In this document: positions 39,583 to 51,856 of the stretch, in pieces
How positions within the stretch are numbered: position 1 is the first letter of the stretch
Layout: each line of letters begins with the position of its first letter
NCBI GenBank assembly: GCA_963786955.1
Contig: CAWBAT010000007.1
Location: forward strand, 32,001-96,000
Length of the DNA stretch: 64,000 nt
Direction: 5' to 3'
From: an uncultured Acidimicrobiia bacterium
GTDB lineage: Bacteria; Acidobacteriota; Terriglobia; Versatilivoradales; Versatilivoraceae
Program-made: the position numbers and the translations under genes
The notes under the pieces: model-generated
Database searches by the model: none
What the model saw: only the letters and a program-made list of their open reading frames with translations
Told to the model about the DNA's origin: nothing

Positions 39583-41469
39583 ATGGATCGATTCATACCT
39601 TCAGGTCGAATTGGATTAAAGCTTTTGACAGCAGCGTTGGTAATCGGGTTCCAGGTTTTCTTCGCCGTAGCCGCGCAAGCCCACTCCTTGTCAATCAGCG
39701 CGACAGCTAGGTGTGGCGATAATGGTTCTGCGGTGATTGACTTCACGGTGGTATCTTGGTCCAGCGCTTCCCCTGATGGCTCGCATCCAAAAATCGACGT
39801 CAGCGTTAATAATTTGTTCATTCAGTCTGGCGTGTTCTCGGGGCAGACAATCCCGCCGAATACCTTCTCGGGGACAATTCCGGCGCCAAGTGGAACTTCG
39901 GCAACCGTGACGGCGACTGCGGTGGGGAACTGGGATGACGGTATCGGTGGTGGACAGTCTGCTTCCGTTACCATTGACATTCCCCAGGATTGTCCTCCGC
40001 CTAGCGCGCCTCACTCCTTGTCAATCAGCGCGACAGCTAGGTGTGGCGATAATGGTTCTGCGGTGATTGACTTCACGGTGGTATCTTGGTCCAGCGCTTC
40101 CCCTGATGGCTCGCATCCAAAAATCGACGTCAGGGTTAATAATGCGTTCATTCAGTCCGGCGTGTTCTCGGGGCAGACAATCCCGCCGAATACGTTCTCG
40201 GGGACAATTCCTGCGCCAAGTGGAACTTCAGCAACCGTGACAGCGACTGCGGTGGGGAACTGGGATGACGGTTTCAGTGGTGGACAGTCTGCTTCCGTTA
40301 CCATTGGCATTCCCCAGGATTGTGCTCCGCCTAGGCAGGCCCACTCCTTGTCAATCAGCGCGACAGCTAGGTGTGGCGATAATGGTTCTGCGGTGATCGA
40401 CTTCACGGTGGTATCTTGGTCCAGCGCTTCCCCTGATGGCTCGCATCCAAAAATCGACGTCAGGGTTAATAATTTGTTCATTCAGTCTGGCGTGTTCTCG
40501 GGGCAGACAATCCCGTCGAATACCTTCTCGGGGACAATTCCGGCGCCAAGTGGAACTTCAGCAACCGTGACGGCGACTGCGGTGGGGAACTGGGATGACG
40601 GTTACGGTGGTGGACAGTCTGCTTCCGTTACCATTTACATTCCCCAGGATTGTGCTCGGCGTAGGCAGGCCCACTCCTTGTCAATCAGCGCGACAGCTAC
40701 GTGTGGCGATAATGGTTCTGCGATGATTGACTTCACGGTGGTATCTTGGTCCAGCGCTTCCCCTGATGGCTCGCATCCAAAAATCGACGTCAGGGTTAAT
40801 AATGCGTTCATTCAGTCTGGCGTGTTCTCGGGGCAGACAATCCCGCCGAATACCTTCTCGGGGACAATTCCGGCGCCAAGTGGAACTTCAGCAACCGTGA
40901 CGGCGACTGCGGTAGGGAACTGGGATGACGGTTACGGTGGTGGACAGTCTGCTTCCGTTACCATTGACATTCCCCAGGATTGTGCTCGGCCTAGTGCGCT
41001 TGGTCGTTTCACAGGTGGAGGATTTCAGATTGTTCTGACTACCGGAACTGCAAGAAGGGGCAAGGGCGCTTTGAAGCGAGTAGAAGGTGGAATTAAAATT
41101 ACTCGAGGCTTCACAATCCATTGTGACAGGCTGCTCTCCAACAATCTCGAAGTCAACTGGAAAGGCAACCACTTCCACATGTTGGAACACACCCTCACCA
41201 CCGAATGCTTCGACGACCCGCACATTACGCAAAAGCCGCCAAAAGCTCCCGTTGACACCATCGTCGGCACAGGCAGAGGGCGGTACAACAATGCTGACGG
41301 CTACACCATCGAGTTCACCCTGGTAGATGCCGGCGAACCCGGAAAAGCGGACAAAGCGGCCTTAAAGATATACGAAACCGCTAATCCGGCAAACGTGGTG
41401 CTTAACGTGCCACTGCAAACCATAGGCGGAGGAAATGTGCAAGCTCATTTCGATCAACCTCACAAATGA
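39583..41469 (+). CDS. Secreted protein with four tandem 110-aa beta-rich repeats and a distinct C-terminal domain
   Basis: GGAGG RBS and ATG at 39583; signal peptide ending AAQA; 330-bp repeats; C-terminal domain begins GRFTGGG. Confidence 0.8.
   Translation: MDRFIPSGRIGLKLLTAALVIGFQVFFAVAAQAHSLSISATARCGDNGSAVIDFTVVSWSSASPDGSHPKIDVSVNNLFIQSGVFSGQTIPPNTFSGTIPAPSGTSATVTATAVGNWDDGIGGGQSASVTIDIPQDCPPPSAPHSLSISATARCGDNGSAVIDFTVVSWSSASPDGSHPKIDVRVNNAFIQSGVFSGQTIPPNTFSGTIPAPSGTSATVTATAVGNWDDGFSGGQSASVTIGIPQDCAPPRQAHSLSISATARCGDNGSAVIDFTVVSWSSASPDGSHPKIDVRVNNLFIQSGVFSGQTIPSNTFSGTIPAPSGTSATVTATAVGNWDDGYGGGQSASVTIYIPQDCARRRQAHSLSISATATCGDNGSAMIDFTVVSWSSASPDGSHPKIDVRVNNAFIQSGVFSGQTIPPNTFSGTIPAPSGTSATVTATAVGNWDDGYGGGQSASVTIDIPQDCARPSALGRFTGGGFQIVLTTGTARRGKGALKRVEGGIKITRGFTIHCDRLLSNNLEVNWKGNHFHMLEHTLTTECFDDPHITQKPPKAPVDTIVGTGRGRYNNADGYTIEFTLVDAGEPGKADKAALKIYETANPANVVLNVPLQTIGGGNVQAHFDQPHK
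39681..40990 (+). repeat. Four near-identical 330-bp intragenic tandem repeats
   Basis: Units start at 39681, 40011, 40341 and 40671 (CACTCCTTGTCAATCAGCGCG...). Confidence 0.95.
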
Positions 41470-41889
41470 CGCGGGAAGCGAGTTGCAGGTAAATGTATTC
41501 ATGGAAGGCACCCTTCAGCGAGGGCCACGATAATCCCCAACAAGTGTTGAGAGACTCGGAGGCCCTCGTTCACCAAGCTTTGGTGAATGACCGATTTCTT
41601 TGGGGATTGTTTCTTCTGTGGCTGGGACTTGACCTCGGTTTCTGCTTTGGGTGTACTTTTGGTAGGCTTCGACGAGGCAGTTCCTCGCAGCTCACTTATA
41701 GTCAATGACGAGCCTTTGGCCGAGACGCGACCGTCTTCTTGATATAGGGGACTGAAGGAAACCTGAGCAAGTGCCTCCTCTCCCAGGTATTCGGCGGAAA
41801 CGTTCAGTCGATACGGTTAGAACCAACCCGTGCGGCTTTTTCATTCTCACCCACTACCTTTGCATCCGCCCGATGCAGGGAATCTTGCG

Positions 41890-42251
41890 ACCCATTGTAA
41901 CTGAAACCTTGAAATGTATCCCCAGGATGATCGATAATCCGTTTGTGTTTTACGGCCACATACGAGGAAACCGGTTGAAGTATGTTCCGAAGGAACTGGA
42001 GTCTTGGTTGGCAATGGCTGGGATCTGGGATTTCATATGGCATGGTCTCAGTACATACCTTCGCCAGTCGGTTAGTCAGTTGTGGGGTGTCCCTCTATGC
42101 AGTCCAGGCGTTCTTGGGGCATTCGAGTATCAAGGTTGCCGATATGTATTCACACTTGGCTCAGGAGGATCTGCAGCGGGCGATCAATATCTCGGAAATT
42201 CCAGCTCAACTTCCAGCAGAACTGCCACTAGGAAAATCAAGTGTGGCTTGA
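41890..42251 (+). pseudogene. Tyrosine integrase C-terminal remnant (frameshifted)
   Basis: ..NPFVF..AGIWDFIWHGL / HTFASRLVSCGVSLYAVQAFLGHSSIKVADMYSHL in two frames; the HxxR box is broken. Confidence 0.8.
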
Positions 42252-42280
42252 CGATCTATAAGTTGTTCATTCCAAACCAC

Positions 42281-42357
42281 GCGCCCGTAGCTCAGTTGGA
42301 TAGAGCGTCGGACTTCGAATCCGCAGGTCGCCCGTTCGAGTCGGGCCGGGCGCACCA
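42281..42357 (+). tRNA. tRNA-Arg, anticodon TCG
   Basis: GCGCCCG/CGGGCGC acceptor stem, GCTC/GAGC D-stem, loop CT-TCG-AA, TTCGAGT T-loop, encoded CCA. Confidence 0.93.
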
Positions 42358-42545
42358 TCTTTTCAAGCACTTACAAGCATCTCCACTTCATCAATTCCTG
42401 CGGTCGTATTCGCCGCCAACGAGGGGTGTGAGAAATTCTGCATAGAACCCGGTGGGTTCGTTTCCCAATCGGTGCAGTCTCCTTTCCTCGGTGGGGTTGA
42501 TTTCGTTCGTGTTCTTCATAAAGACGGCGCCTGCGAAAGTGAGCA

Positions 42546-44243
<1,698 letters not shown>

Positions 44244-44260
44244 GATGATTGTCTCCTCTC

Positions 44261-44494
44261 TCACTTGCACGCCTGCGCCTTCTTGGCAACCAGATCCATC
44301 ATTTCTTCCCACGACTTGACGAACGATTCGGCGCCTTCCTTTGGCAGTTGCGCCGCCAGCTTGTCCATGTCGATGACAGGTACTTTGAGGTTTCCCCGCT
44401 TCAACATGGCTTGCAGCGACGGGAAGATCTTCTTGTAGGCCAGGTCGCCCGTGGCGCCAAAGAAGACCAGTGCGTCAGACTGGGATGCGTTCAT
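44261..44494 (-). pseudogene. In-frame chimera of zwf N-terminus and transaldolase C-terminus (deletion scar)
   Basis: [27 protein letters not shown].. (G6PDH) joined to [28 protein letters not shown].. (transaldolase-like C-terminal helix). Confidence 0.75.
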
Positions 44495-44504
44495 AGTGAT
44501 CTCC

Positions 44505-45522
44505 TCACTTCCCGGGCTTCTCATGGTGGCCGCCGAATTGGAAGCGCATCGCCGAGAGCAGCTTGTCCTGGTAATCCGACTCGCCGCGCGAACTGAAGCG
44601 TTGATAGAGCGCGGCTGAGAGCACCGGCACCGGCACGGCCTCATCGATGGCCGCCTTGATCGTCCAGCGCCCTTCGCCCGAATCGGAGACGCGACCAGCG
44701 AATTGCTGCAGATCAGCATCTTCGACCAGTGCCGCTGCCGTCAGGTCGAGCAGCCAGGAGGCAACGACACTGCCGCGCCGCCACACTTCGGCGATTTCGC
44801 CCAGGTCCAGGTCGTAGAGATAATGTTGCGGGTTGCGCAGTGGCGTCGTCTCCGCATCCACTTCGTGTTGATGCTTGCCGATGTTCGCGTCGCGCAGGAT
44901 ACCGAGCCCTTCGGCGTAGGCGGCCATGAGGCCATACTCAATGCCGTTGTGGACCATCTTCACAAAGTGGCCGGCACCATTTGGGCCGCAGTGCAAATAG
45001 CCGTTCTCGGCCGTGCCCTTGTTCTTCGGGCGATTTGGCGTGAGCGGAATATCACCGATACCGGGGGCCAGCGTGACGAAAATCGGGTCGAGATGCTTCA
45101 CGACCTCCGGCTCGCCGCCGATCATCATGCAATAGCCGCGCTCCAAGCCCCAAACGCCGCCGCTGGTGCCCACGTCCACGTAATGAATTTTCTTCGGGGC
45201 GAGTTCTTTGGCGCGACGAATATCGTCCACGTAATAGGAGTTGCCGCCGTCGATGAGAATATCGCCGGCTTCGAGCAGCGGAAGAATGTCGGCAATGGAC
45301 TGATCCACGACCGCCGCCGGCACCATCAGCCACACCGCGCGTGGCTTCTGCATTTTCTTCACCAGATCGGCGAGCGACGTCGCGCCCACCGCCTTTTCCT
45401 TGACCAAGTCATTCACCGCCTGCTGTGACCGGTCATAGACCACGCATTGGTGGCCGTTCTCTGATTAAACGCCGCACCATGTTGGCGCCCATCCGTCCGA
45501 GTCCGATCATTCCGAGCTGCAT
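44505..45522 (-). pseudogene. gnd: Decarboxylating 6-phosphogluconate dehydrogenase with a +1 frameshift near 45460
   Basis: [20 protein letters not shown] in one frame; NGHQCVVYD...[39 protein letters not shown] in another. Confidence 0.85.
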
Positions 45523-45686
45523 ATGCTGTCTCCTTTCTTGCCTCTAACTATGAGTGTTGCATTGTGCTCTTTGCCCTGCGCGGACTTCGCCGCTATTTGT
45601 TCCGCAGTGCCTTTTTGCTGACCTCACTCGTGCCATGCTTTCAATGGGTTCTTCACCGTCTTCGCTTTCTCCTCTTGAGAGGCCCG

Positions 45687-46151
45687 TTAATGGGTTGCCT
45701 TGTGCGTGTAGCGTTCTTCAATGGCGTGCACTTTTGCTAGTCGCCGCAGGTGGCGCTCCTCCTGGGTTTTCTGGGCATTCACGAAAGCCTGCACCAGCTC
45801 GTGAGCCATCGCCGGCCCGATCACGCGGCCGCCCAGCACGAGGACATTCATGTGGTCGTGCTCCACGCCCTGGTGGGCTGAGTAAGTGTCATGGCATAAA
45901 CCTGCCCGGATGCCCGGAATCTTGTTCGCCGCGACAGAGGCGCCCACCCCGCTGCCGCAAATCACGATGCCGCGCTCGGCCTTTCCGTCGAGAACCGTCT
46001 GGCCAACCGCTTCGGTGAAATCTGGATAGTCCACGGGAGTCGTGTCGCCCGTGCCTACATCGATGACCTCGTGGCCCCATTCACGCAACAAGGCGCGAAC
46101 ACCTTCCTTCAGTTCAAATCCCGCATGGTCAGAGCCGACAGCAATTCGCAT
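45687..46151 (-). CDS. rpiB: Ribose-5-phosphate isomerase B
   Basis: [30 protein letters not shown]. Confidence 0.95.
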   Translation of the reverse strand: MRIAVGSDHAGFELKEGVRALLREWGHEVIDVGTGDTTPVDYPDFTEAVGQTVLDGKAERGIVICGSGVGASVAANKIPGIRAGLCHDTYSAHQGVEHDHMNVLVLGGRVIGPAMAHELVQAFVNAQKTQEERHLRRLAKVHAIEERYTHKATH

Positions 46152-46240
46152 GTTTGTTTCACCCTCCGTATCCGATCCATCGCCCGTCCCTCAAGGTCTC
46201 CCGTGAGAAACCTCAATGCCCCACTTAGCCTTTCCCTCGA

Positions 46241-48301
46241 CTATTTCGCCCGTTTCAATTGTTCTTTCGCGGCCGCCACAACGTTTTCTTTCGTGAAGCC
46301 GAACTCCTTCTGCAACACCTTCAAGGGTGCGGAGGCCCCGAAGGTTTTCATACCGAGAATCGCGCCGTCCAGCCCGACATAGTGCGCCCAGCCCCAGGTG
46401 GACGCCTGCTCCACGGCGACGCGGGCCCTGACCGAAGGGGGCAGGACGCTGTCGCGGTATTCCTGGCTCTGGCGTTCGAAGATTTCCCAGGACGGCATGC
46501 TCACCACACGGGCCCGGATGCCCTCGGCCTTGAGCTGCTCGTAGGCCGCCACGCAGAGCGACACCTCACTGCCCGTAGCCAGGAGTAGCACGTCCGGTTT
46601 GCCGCCCGCAGCGTCAGCTAGCACGTAAGCGCCCTTGCTCAGGCCGGAGGCCGGGGCATACTTCGTGCGATCGAGGGTGGGTAAGGCCTGCCGTGACAGA
46701 ATAAGCGCTGCTGGGTGGTGGCGCATCTGGAGGATGAACTTCCAGGCTTCGATCACCTCGTTCGCGTCCGCCGGACGAATCACGGCGAGGTTCGGAATGG
46801 CCCGCAACGAAATCAAGTGCTCGATGGGTTGATGCGTCGGCCCGTCCTCGCCGACCCCGATGGAGTCGTGCGTGAAGATATGGATCGCCGGGATCTCCAT
46901 CAGCGCACTCAGGCGAATGGCACAGCGGGCGTAGTCGCTGAAGATGAGAAACCCGGAACCGTACGGCCGCAACTTTGAAACCGACAGGCCGTTGAGAATG
47001 GCTCCCATCGCGTGCTCACGGATCCCGAAATGGAGATTCCGGCCTCCGTAGCTGCCGGCTTGAAAATCGCCGGCGCCCTCGAAATTGAGCCTGGTCTTGG
47101 TGGACGGGGTCAGATCCGCCGAACCACCGATGAGCCAGGGGACGTTCTTGGCGACCGCGTTCAGCACCTTGGCTGAAGACTCGCGCCCGCCCATGCCCTT
47201 CGGGTCCGGGGGAAAAACGGGCAGGTTCTTATCCCAGCCATCGGGCAGTTCCCGGCGCTGCATCTTTTCGATCTCCTCCGCCAGCTGCGGAAATTGGCGC
47301 CGGTACTCCCCGAACTTGGATTCCCAGGCTGTCCGCAGTTCGCGGCCTCGCCGGCCGATCCCTTGCTGGAAGTGTTCCCGCACCCCCTCGGGCACCAGGA
47401 ACTGCGCCTCTTCCGGCCAGCCGTAGCTGCGCTTGGTCAACTTCACCTCTTCTTCACCGAGCGGTTCGCCGTGGACCGATGAAGTGCCCGCTTTGTGGGG
47501 AGAACCGTATCCAATGTGACTGTCCACAATGATCAACGTGGGCCGGTCCGTCGTTTTCCTGAAACTGTTCAACGCCCGATCCAGCCGATCGAGGTCATTG
47601 GCGTCGCCCACGCGCTCGACGTTCCAGCCATAAGACAAGAACCGCGACGCGACGTCGTCACGGAAGGCAATGTTCGTGTGGCCCTCGATCGTGATGCGGT
47701 TGCTGTCGTAGAGCCAGCAGAGGTTGCTGAGCTCAAGGTGACCGGCAAGGGAAGCGGCCTCGTTCGAGATCCCTTCCATCATGCAGCCGTCGCCGCACAG
47801 GGCATAGACATCGTAATCGAACAGGTCAAAGCCAGGCCGGTTGTATCGCGCGGCAAGCCATTTGGATGCCATTGCCATTCCCACGCTCATGGCAACGCCC
47901 TGGCCGAGAGGCCCCGTCGTACATTCCACACCCGAGGTCCAGCGATATTCCGGATGGCCGGCGCACCGGCTGCCGAACTGGCGGAAGGTCTTAATGTCGT
48001 CGAGGGAAACGGACGGTTTGCCGACGACCTCGTAATCCGGGTCCACGGCCTTCACACCGGTGAGATGCAGGATCGAATAGAGCAGCATCGAGGCATGTCC
48101 GGCAGAAAGCACGAAGCGGTCGCGATTTGGCCAGATGGGTTCTTCCGGGTCGAAGCGCAGAAAGCGTTGCCACAGACAATACACCACCGGGGCCATCCCC
48201 ATCGGGGTGCCGGGATGGCCGGAATTGGCCTTTTGGATGGCATCAATGGAGAGCGTGCGAATCGTATTGATCGATAATTGACTGACTTCCATATCCGTCA
48301 T
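46241..48301 (-). CDS. tkt: Transketolase
   Basis: SGHPG, RDRFVLSAGH, TTGPLGQG, GDGCMMEG, FGIREHAM, THDSIGVGEDGPTHQP. Confidence 0.96.
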   Translation of the reverse strand: MTDMEVSQLSINTIRTLSIDAIQKANSGHPGTPMGMAPVVYCLWQRFLRFDPEEPIWPNRDRFVLSAGHASMLLYSILHLTGVKAVDPDYEVVGKPSVSLDDIKTFRQFGSRCAGHPEYRWTSGVECTTGPLGQGVAMSVGMAMASKWLAARYNRPGFDLFDYDVYALCGDGCMMEGISNEAASLAGHLELSNLCWLYDSNRITIEGHTNIAFRDDVASRFLSYGWNVERVGDANDLDRLDRALNSFRKTTDRPTLIIVDSHIGYGSPHKAGTSSVHGEPLGEEEVKLTKRSYGWPEEAQFLVPEGVREHFQQGIGRRGRELRTAWESKFGEYRRQFPQLAEEIEKMQRRELPDGWDKNLPVFPPDPKGMGGRESSAKVLNAVAKNVPWLIGGSADLTPSTKTRLNFEGAGDFQAGSYGGRNLHFGIREHAMGAILNGLSVSKLRPYGSGFLIFSDYARCAIRLSALMEIPAIHIFTHDSIGVGEDGPTHQPIEHLISLRAIPNLAVIRPADANEVIEAWKFILQMRHHPAALILSRQALPTLDRTKYAPASGLSKGAYVLADAAGGKPDVLLLATGSEVSLCVAAYEQLKAEGIRARVVSMPSWEIFERQSQEYRDSVLPPSVRARVAVEQASTWGWAHYVGLDGAILGMKTFGASAPLKVLQKEFGFTKENVVAAAKEQLKRAK

Positions 48302-48577
48302 GGTTCTTTCCTTTCAGCTGAAAAATCAGCCTGGCGCAGAAGTTATGGAGCAGAACTCCCTGGAGATTGGACGTTTTTGGTAGCCACGATTAAACGCTTA
48401 TTTTGCGTTTAATCGTGGGCCGTTCGGGGATCTCGCGCACAAACCCACGATTGCCGCGAAATAACGCGGCAATCGTGGCTACCAGTCTCCCCTGATTAGC
48501 GGCCCGAAGAAGACCTCCAGCCTGTTCGAGCCGCCAGTGCGGGAACGGCCTCGGGCCTGCGTGCCGGGCCTCTGTCG

Positions 48578-48694
48578 TCATTTCTTCCGCGCCGCGCGCG
48601 GCAAAATGAAGCGTTCTACCGCATTGGCAAACCCCTCTTCCTCACAGGAGGTCGTCACGCACGTCGCTTGCCGCTGCACTTCTTCGCTTGCATT
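48578..48694 (-). pseudogene. C-terminal fragment of Cof-type HAD-IIB hydrolase
   Basis: Manual translation NASEEVQRQATCVTTSCEEEGFANAVERFILPRAARKK*; no start codon. Confidence 0.6.
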
Positions 48695-48773
48695 GTGACC
48701 CCTTTTTCTTCTTGCGCCTAGCAAAGCAGCCGCTCATTTACTTGAGGATCTATGAAAAAAAGTCGGTTCTTCC

Positions 48774-50525
48774 TCATGGCACAATCGGGACTACCAGGGC
48801 GGAGGAGTGTTCGCGGTCGTGATAAATGATATTGGTGGCTTTCAGTTCTGCTGCAGCGCTCTGCGGGTTCTCGCCAGTGTTAAGGTTTCGGCTGAAGCGC
48901 GGGAAGTTACTACTCGCAACTTCCAGCCGGAGTTTGTGACCGGCCAGGAATACGTTGGAAGTGGACCATAGATCGATGACAAGTTTATACACTTTTCCTG
49001 GAGTCATGAACTCGGCCTTGTCCATCGTATTCCGATAGCGGGCCCGCAGAATCCCATCCGTTAGGTTGCGTGCAATCCCATCGGGCGACACATCCACAAG
49101 CTTCCCCACGAAGTCCGTGTCGACAGTCGAAGAGCTGACAAAGAGCTCCAGCGTGATCTGACCGGTCACATCTGTATCCTGTTCAAAGGCAGAGGTCGTG
49201 TAGACGAGTACGTCTGTACGGGCTTCCACCTTCCTCTGGTCGAGTGGACCGGGAGGGACTCGTACAGGATCTCCGAGTACCGCCCCGCCTTGGGTTGGCA
49301 CGGGATCTGCGGGATCGTAGACGTAACGGTCGGCGGGTTCGGAGGTGGGAAGTATCGTGCTTAAAGTGCCATTGCCACTGAGCGAGTTGGCCTTTCCATT
49401 GGAGTGGAGATAGTAGCGCGTCACCTTGGCACGCGCCGGCGGCCAGTCGTCTTCGTCCTGCCAGACATTCTTGCCCATGACGAAGACCTTGACAGGTTTC
49501 TCGCGGACCATACCGTTGTCCACGCCCTTCAGAACGTAGTCGTACCAGCGGAGACCAAGCGCCCAGGTATCTAGTACCGAGTCTTTTCCGAAATCGACAT
49601 CGCCGATTGTTGGCCCAGCGCCAGCATGTCCGCCTACACTGATCACCAGTCGTTGACCATTTCTGGCGGCCTCGCTGCCCCCATGCGCCTTGATGCCGGC
49701 GTAGTTTCGTATGGAGCCGTCCTGGAAGATGTCATACCAAGCGGCGACGTGCAGCGCCGGAACCAGTATTTGGTTAAAGTGCTCCTCGATTGACCATTGT
49801 TTCCAGTACTCGTCATAGGCAGGGTGAGCAATCCAATCAAAGTAGTAGACCGCCAAGTCACCCACGGCACCCAACTCCAGCAACGGATAATCGGCAGGCG
49901 TCCGTTTTGGATCCCAATATAAAGGTTGAGCGCTTTTAGCGACACGCCGTTGGAGCGTGTCGAGTGCCAGCGCAGAGCACCAAGCTTGGGCGAGTAATTG
50001 TGAAAAAGCGCCGCCCTGGTAGGCCCAGTGCGAATGATAGTTGGATGCCGTGACTACCGGCATGATGCAAGAGAGATGCGGCGGAGCGGCCACAGCCGCG
50101 AGCAGTTGTGTCGCGCCAACATAGGAGCCACCATACATGCCCACCTTGCCATTGGAATAGGGCAAGCCGGCCGCCCACTCCACGGTATCGTATCCGTCCG
50201 CAGATTCGTACTTAAAGGGGTACCAATCGCCTTCGGAAGCGTTGCGACCCCGCACGTCTTGCACGATGTAAATATATCCCTGGGCAGCTGCCTTCAACCC
50301 CAAGCCGACGCCGCTACGTTTGTCATAAGGGGTGCGTTCGAGGATAACAGGGAATTTCCCATCCCCCACGGGACGGTACACGTCGCCTCGGAGGGTGACT
50401 CCATCACGGGTCTTCATGGTCACGTTGTTTTCAATCTTGACTTCGTACGAGTCGCGAGCTGAGACTTCGACAGCAAAACCGAGTATGACGGCGGCCCAGA
50501 TGAGAGTGGGTCGATTCATGCGCAT
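48774..50525 (-). CDS. CocE/NonD family hydrolase (signal peptide)
   Basis: TRDGVTL, RTPYDK, QDVRGR..SEG, GGSYVG, WYD, LEVASSNFPRF.RN. Confidence 0.92.
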   Translation of the reverse strand: MRMNRPTLIWAAVILGFAVEVSARDSYEVKIENNVTMKTRDGVTLRGDVYRPVGDGKFPVILERTPYDKRSGVGLGLKAAAQGYIYIVQDVRGRNASEGDWYPFKYESADGYDTVEWAAGLPYSNGKVGMYGGSYVGATQLLAAVAAPPHLSCIMPVVTASNYHSHWAYQGGAFSQLLAQAWCSALALDTLQRRVAKSAQPLYWDPKRTPADYPLLELGAVGDLAVYYFDWIAHPAYDEYWKQWSIEEHFNQILVPALHVAAWYDIFQDGSIRNYAGIKAHGGSEAARNGQRLVISVGGHAGAGPTIGDVDFGKDSVLDTWALGLRWYDYVLKGVDNGMVREKPVKVFVMGKNVWQDEDDWPPARAKVTRYYLHSNGKANSLSGNGTLSTILPTSEPADRYVYDPADPVPTQGGAVLGDPVRVPPGPLDQRKVEARTDVLVYTTSAFEQDTDVTGQITLELFVSSSTVDTDFVGKLVDVSPDGIARNLTDGILRARYRNTMDKAEFMTPGKVYKLVIDLWSTSNVFLAGHKLRLEVASSNFPRFSRNLNTGENPQSAAAELKATNIIYHDREHSSALVVPIVP

Positions 50526-51227
50526 AAAGTGAACTCCCTATAGATGCTTCGACAAATTCGTTTGGTGAGAAAAGACGGCCTCTTCCATTGCCTGAACTCC
50601 TGGTAGTGGCGGATGGTCAGATCCTGTCCAGCAGCGACTTGTAAACTTCAAGAACGCTAAGCTCCGATTGACCCACCAACGCCGAGGCATCGCGTGCCGC
50701 GTTTTTCACAAGGGAGTTATTCAAGTTAGACAGCGGGGATCCCGCAACCTCTGATGTGTTTTCATGACAGCCCACCTCAATCTTGACGCGGGCAAGAATT
50801 CTCCCACAAGTGGAACACGGAAGAAAATATAAAACCTAACAGCCATGGTCTTCTATTGACTCATGGGAGCAACGATTGTTCCGACAGGGCTCATTCAATA
50901 ATGATCGGGTCTGATAGCGGTATTTTGAGAATCGGATAGACCTCTGAAAACCGACGAGACAAACTCATTTTTTGACGTCTCCCTTGCAGTCCTATTCAAA
51001 GCGAATTAGGAGACCGCCCTTGCTCTGGATTCAGCATCATGCTCACCCTGGACTAGGATGTGTCGAAGTAGCAGGAGTCCGAGATCATTTTCGAAGAGAG
51101 ATCTGATGGCCGCGCGGCTCGCGTGACTTCGATCTGGGGATATGAATGCCGGATAGCCCTACTGGTGCTTCTGCTTGCGTCTTCAGTTATCAGTCTGTTA
51201 ACCATTCAAGAACGGGCGATTGCATTT

Positions 51228-51280
51228 GCAGGTTGCCCGTTCGAGGCGGGCCGGGCGCACCATCTTTTCAATCATTTATA
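51228..51280 (+). repeat. attR-like duplicate of the tRNA-Arg 3' half
   Basis: Two mismatches to the tRNA T-arm/acceptor segment plus shared downstream TCTTTTCAA. Confidence 0.85.
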
Positions 51281-51856
51281 ACCCAAGCCACCTCGTCTGC
51301 TTAAGAAGAAATCCGGGTTTTGAATAAGAGTTTCCTTTACTTTTGATCGAATTCAATTCAACCAGATTCGTGCATGAACCCTCTGGGATCAGTAACTCGA
51401 AGGAGGGGATAGGCATGGTTAGACCTTTGGAGGCAGGGCAAGGCTTAGTGCTCCCTGTGAGACTTCTCTAAATCTATTGGCATCAACAGCTGAGAGATTA
51501 CTAAAGCAGACAAAATGTTGAGCCGATGATGATTTTGTCAGAAAGTGTGTCGAAAGGTTGAATTCTACTGACCAAACGGTTCAAGTTGGGAACTACAAAC
51601 TCAATTTTGTCTACATCTTCAGATCTCATGATGCCAATGAGTCGCAACTTTGTTACCCAGAAGCGGAATCATCCCTAGTCTTTCATGGAACACAGGATCC
51701 ATCCAAATTGAGATTGCAATCAATGAGATTTTGGAGACGATCGTGCAACGGTGTACAGGCACTTATAAAGTCTAGGGCTCGCTAGAGGTATCTAACCCAA
51801 CCTCAGGAAATGAAGGAAATGAAACGCGAGATTGAGAGGAATCGAGAACTAATCTA

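Noticed and set aside
39681-40990. Diversity-generating retroelement TR/VR pair
   Set aside because: Repeats are in-frame tandem domains, differences are not adenine-specific, and no reverse transcriptase is in the window
44244-44312. Longer pgi start given in the ORF track
   Set aside because: Overlaps the zwf-tal scar; ATG 44243 has a good RBS
51228-51262. Second tRNA gene
   Set aside because: Only the 3' half is present, with no D-arm or anticodon arm; it is an att duplicate
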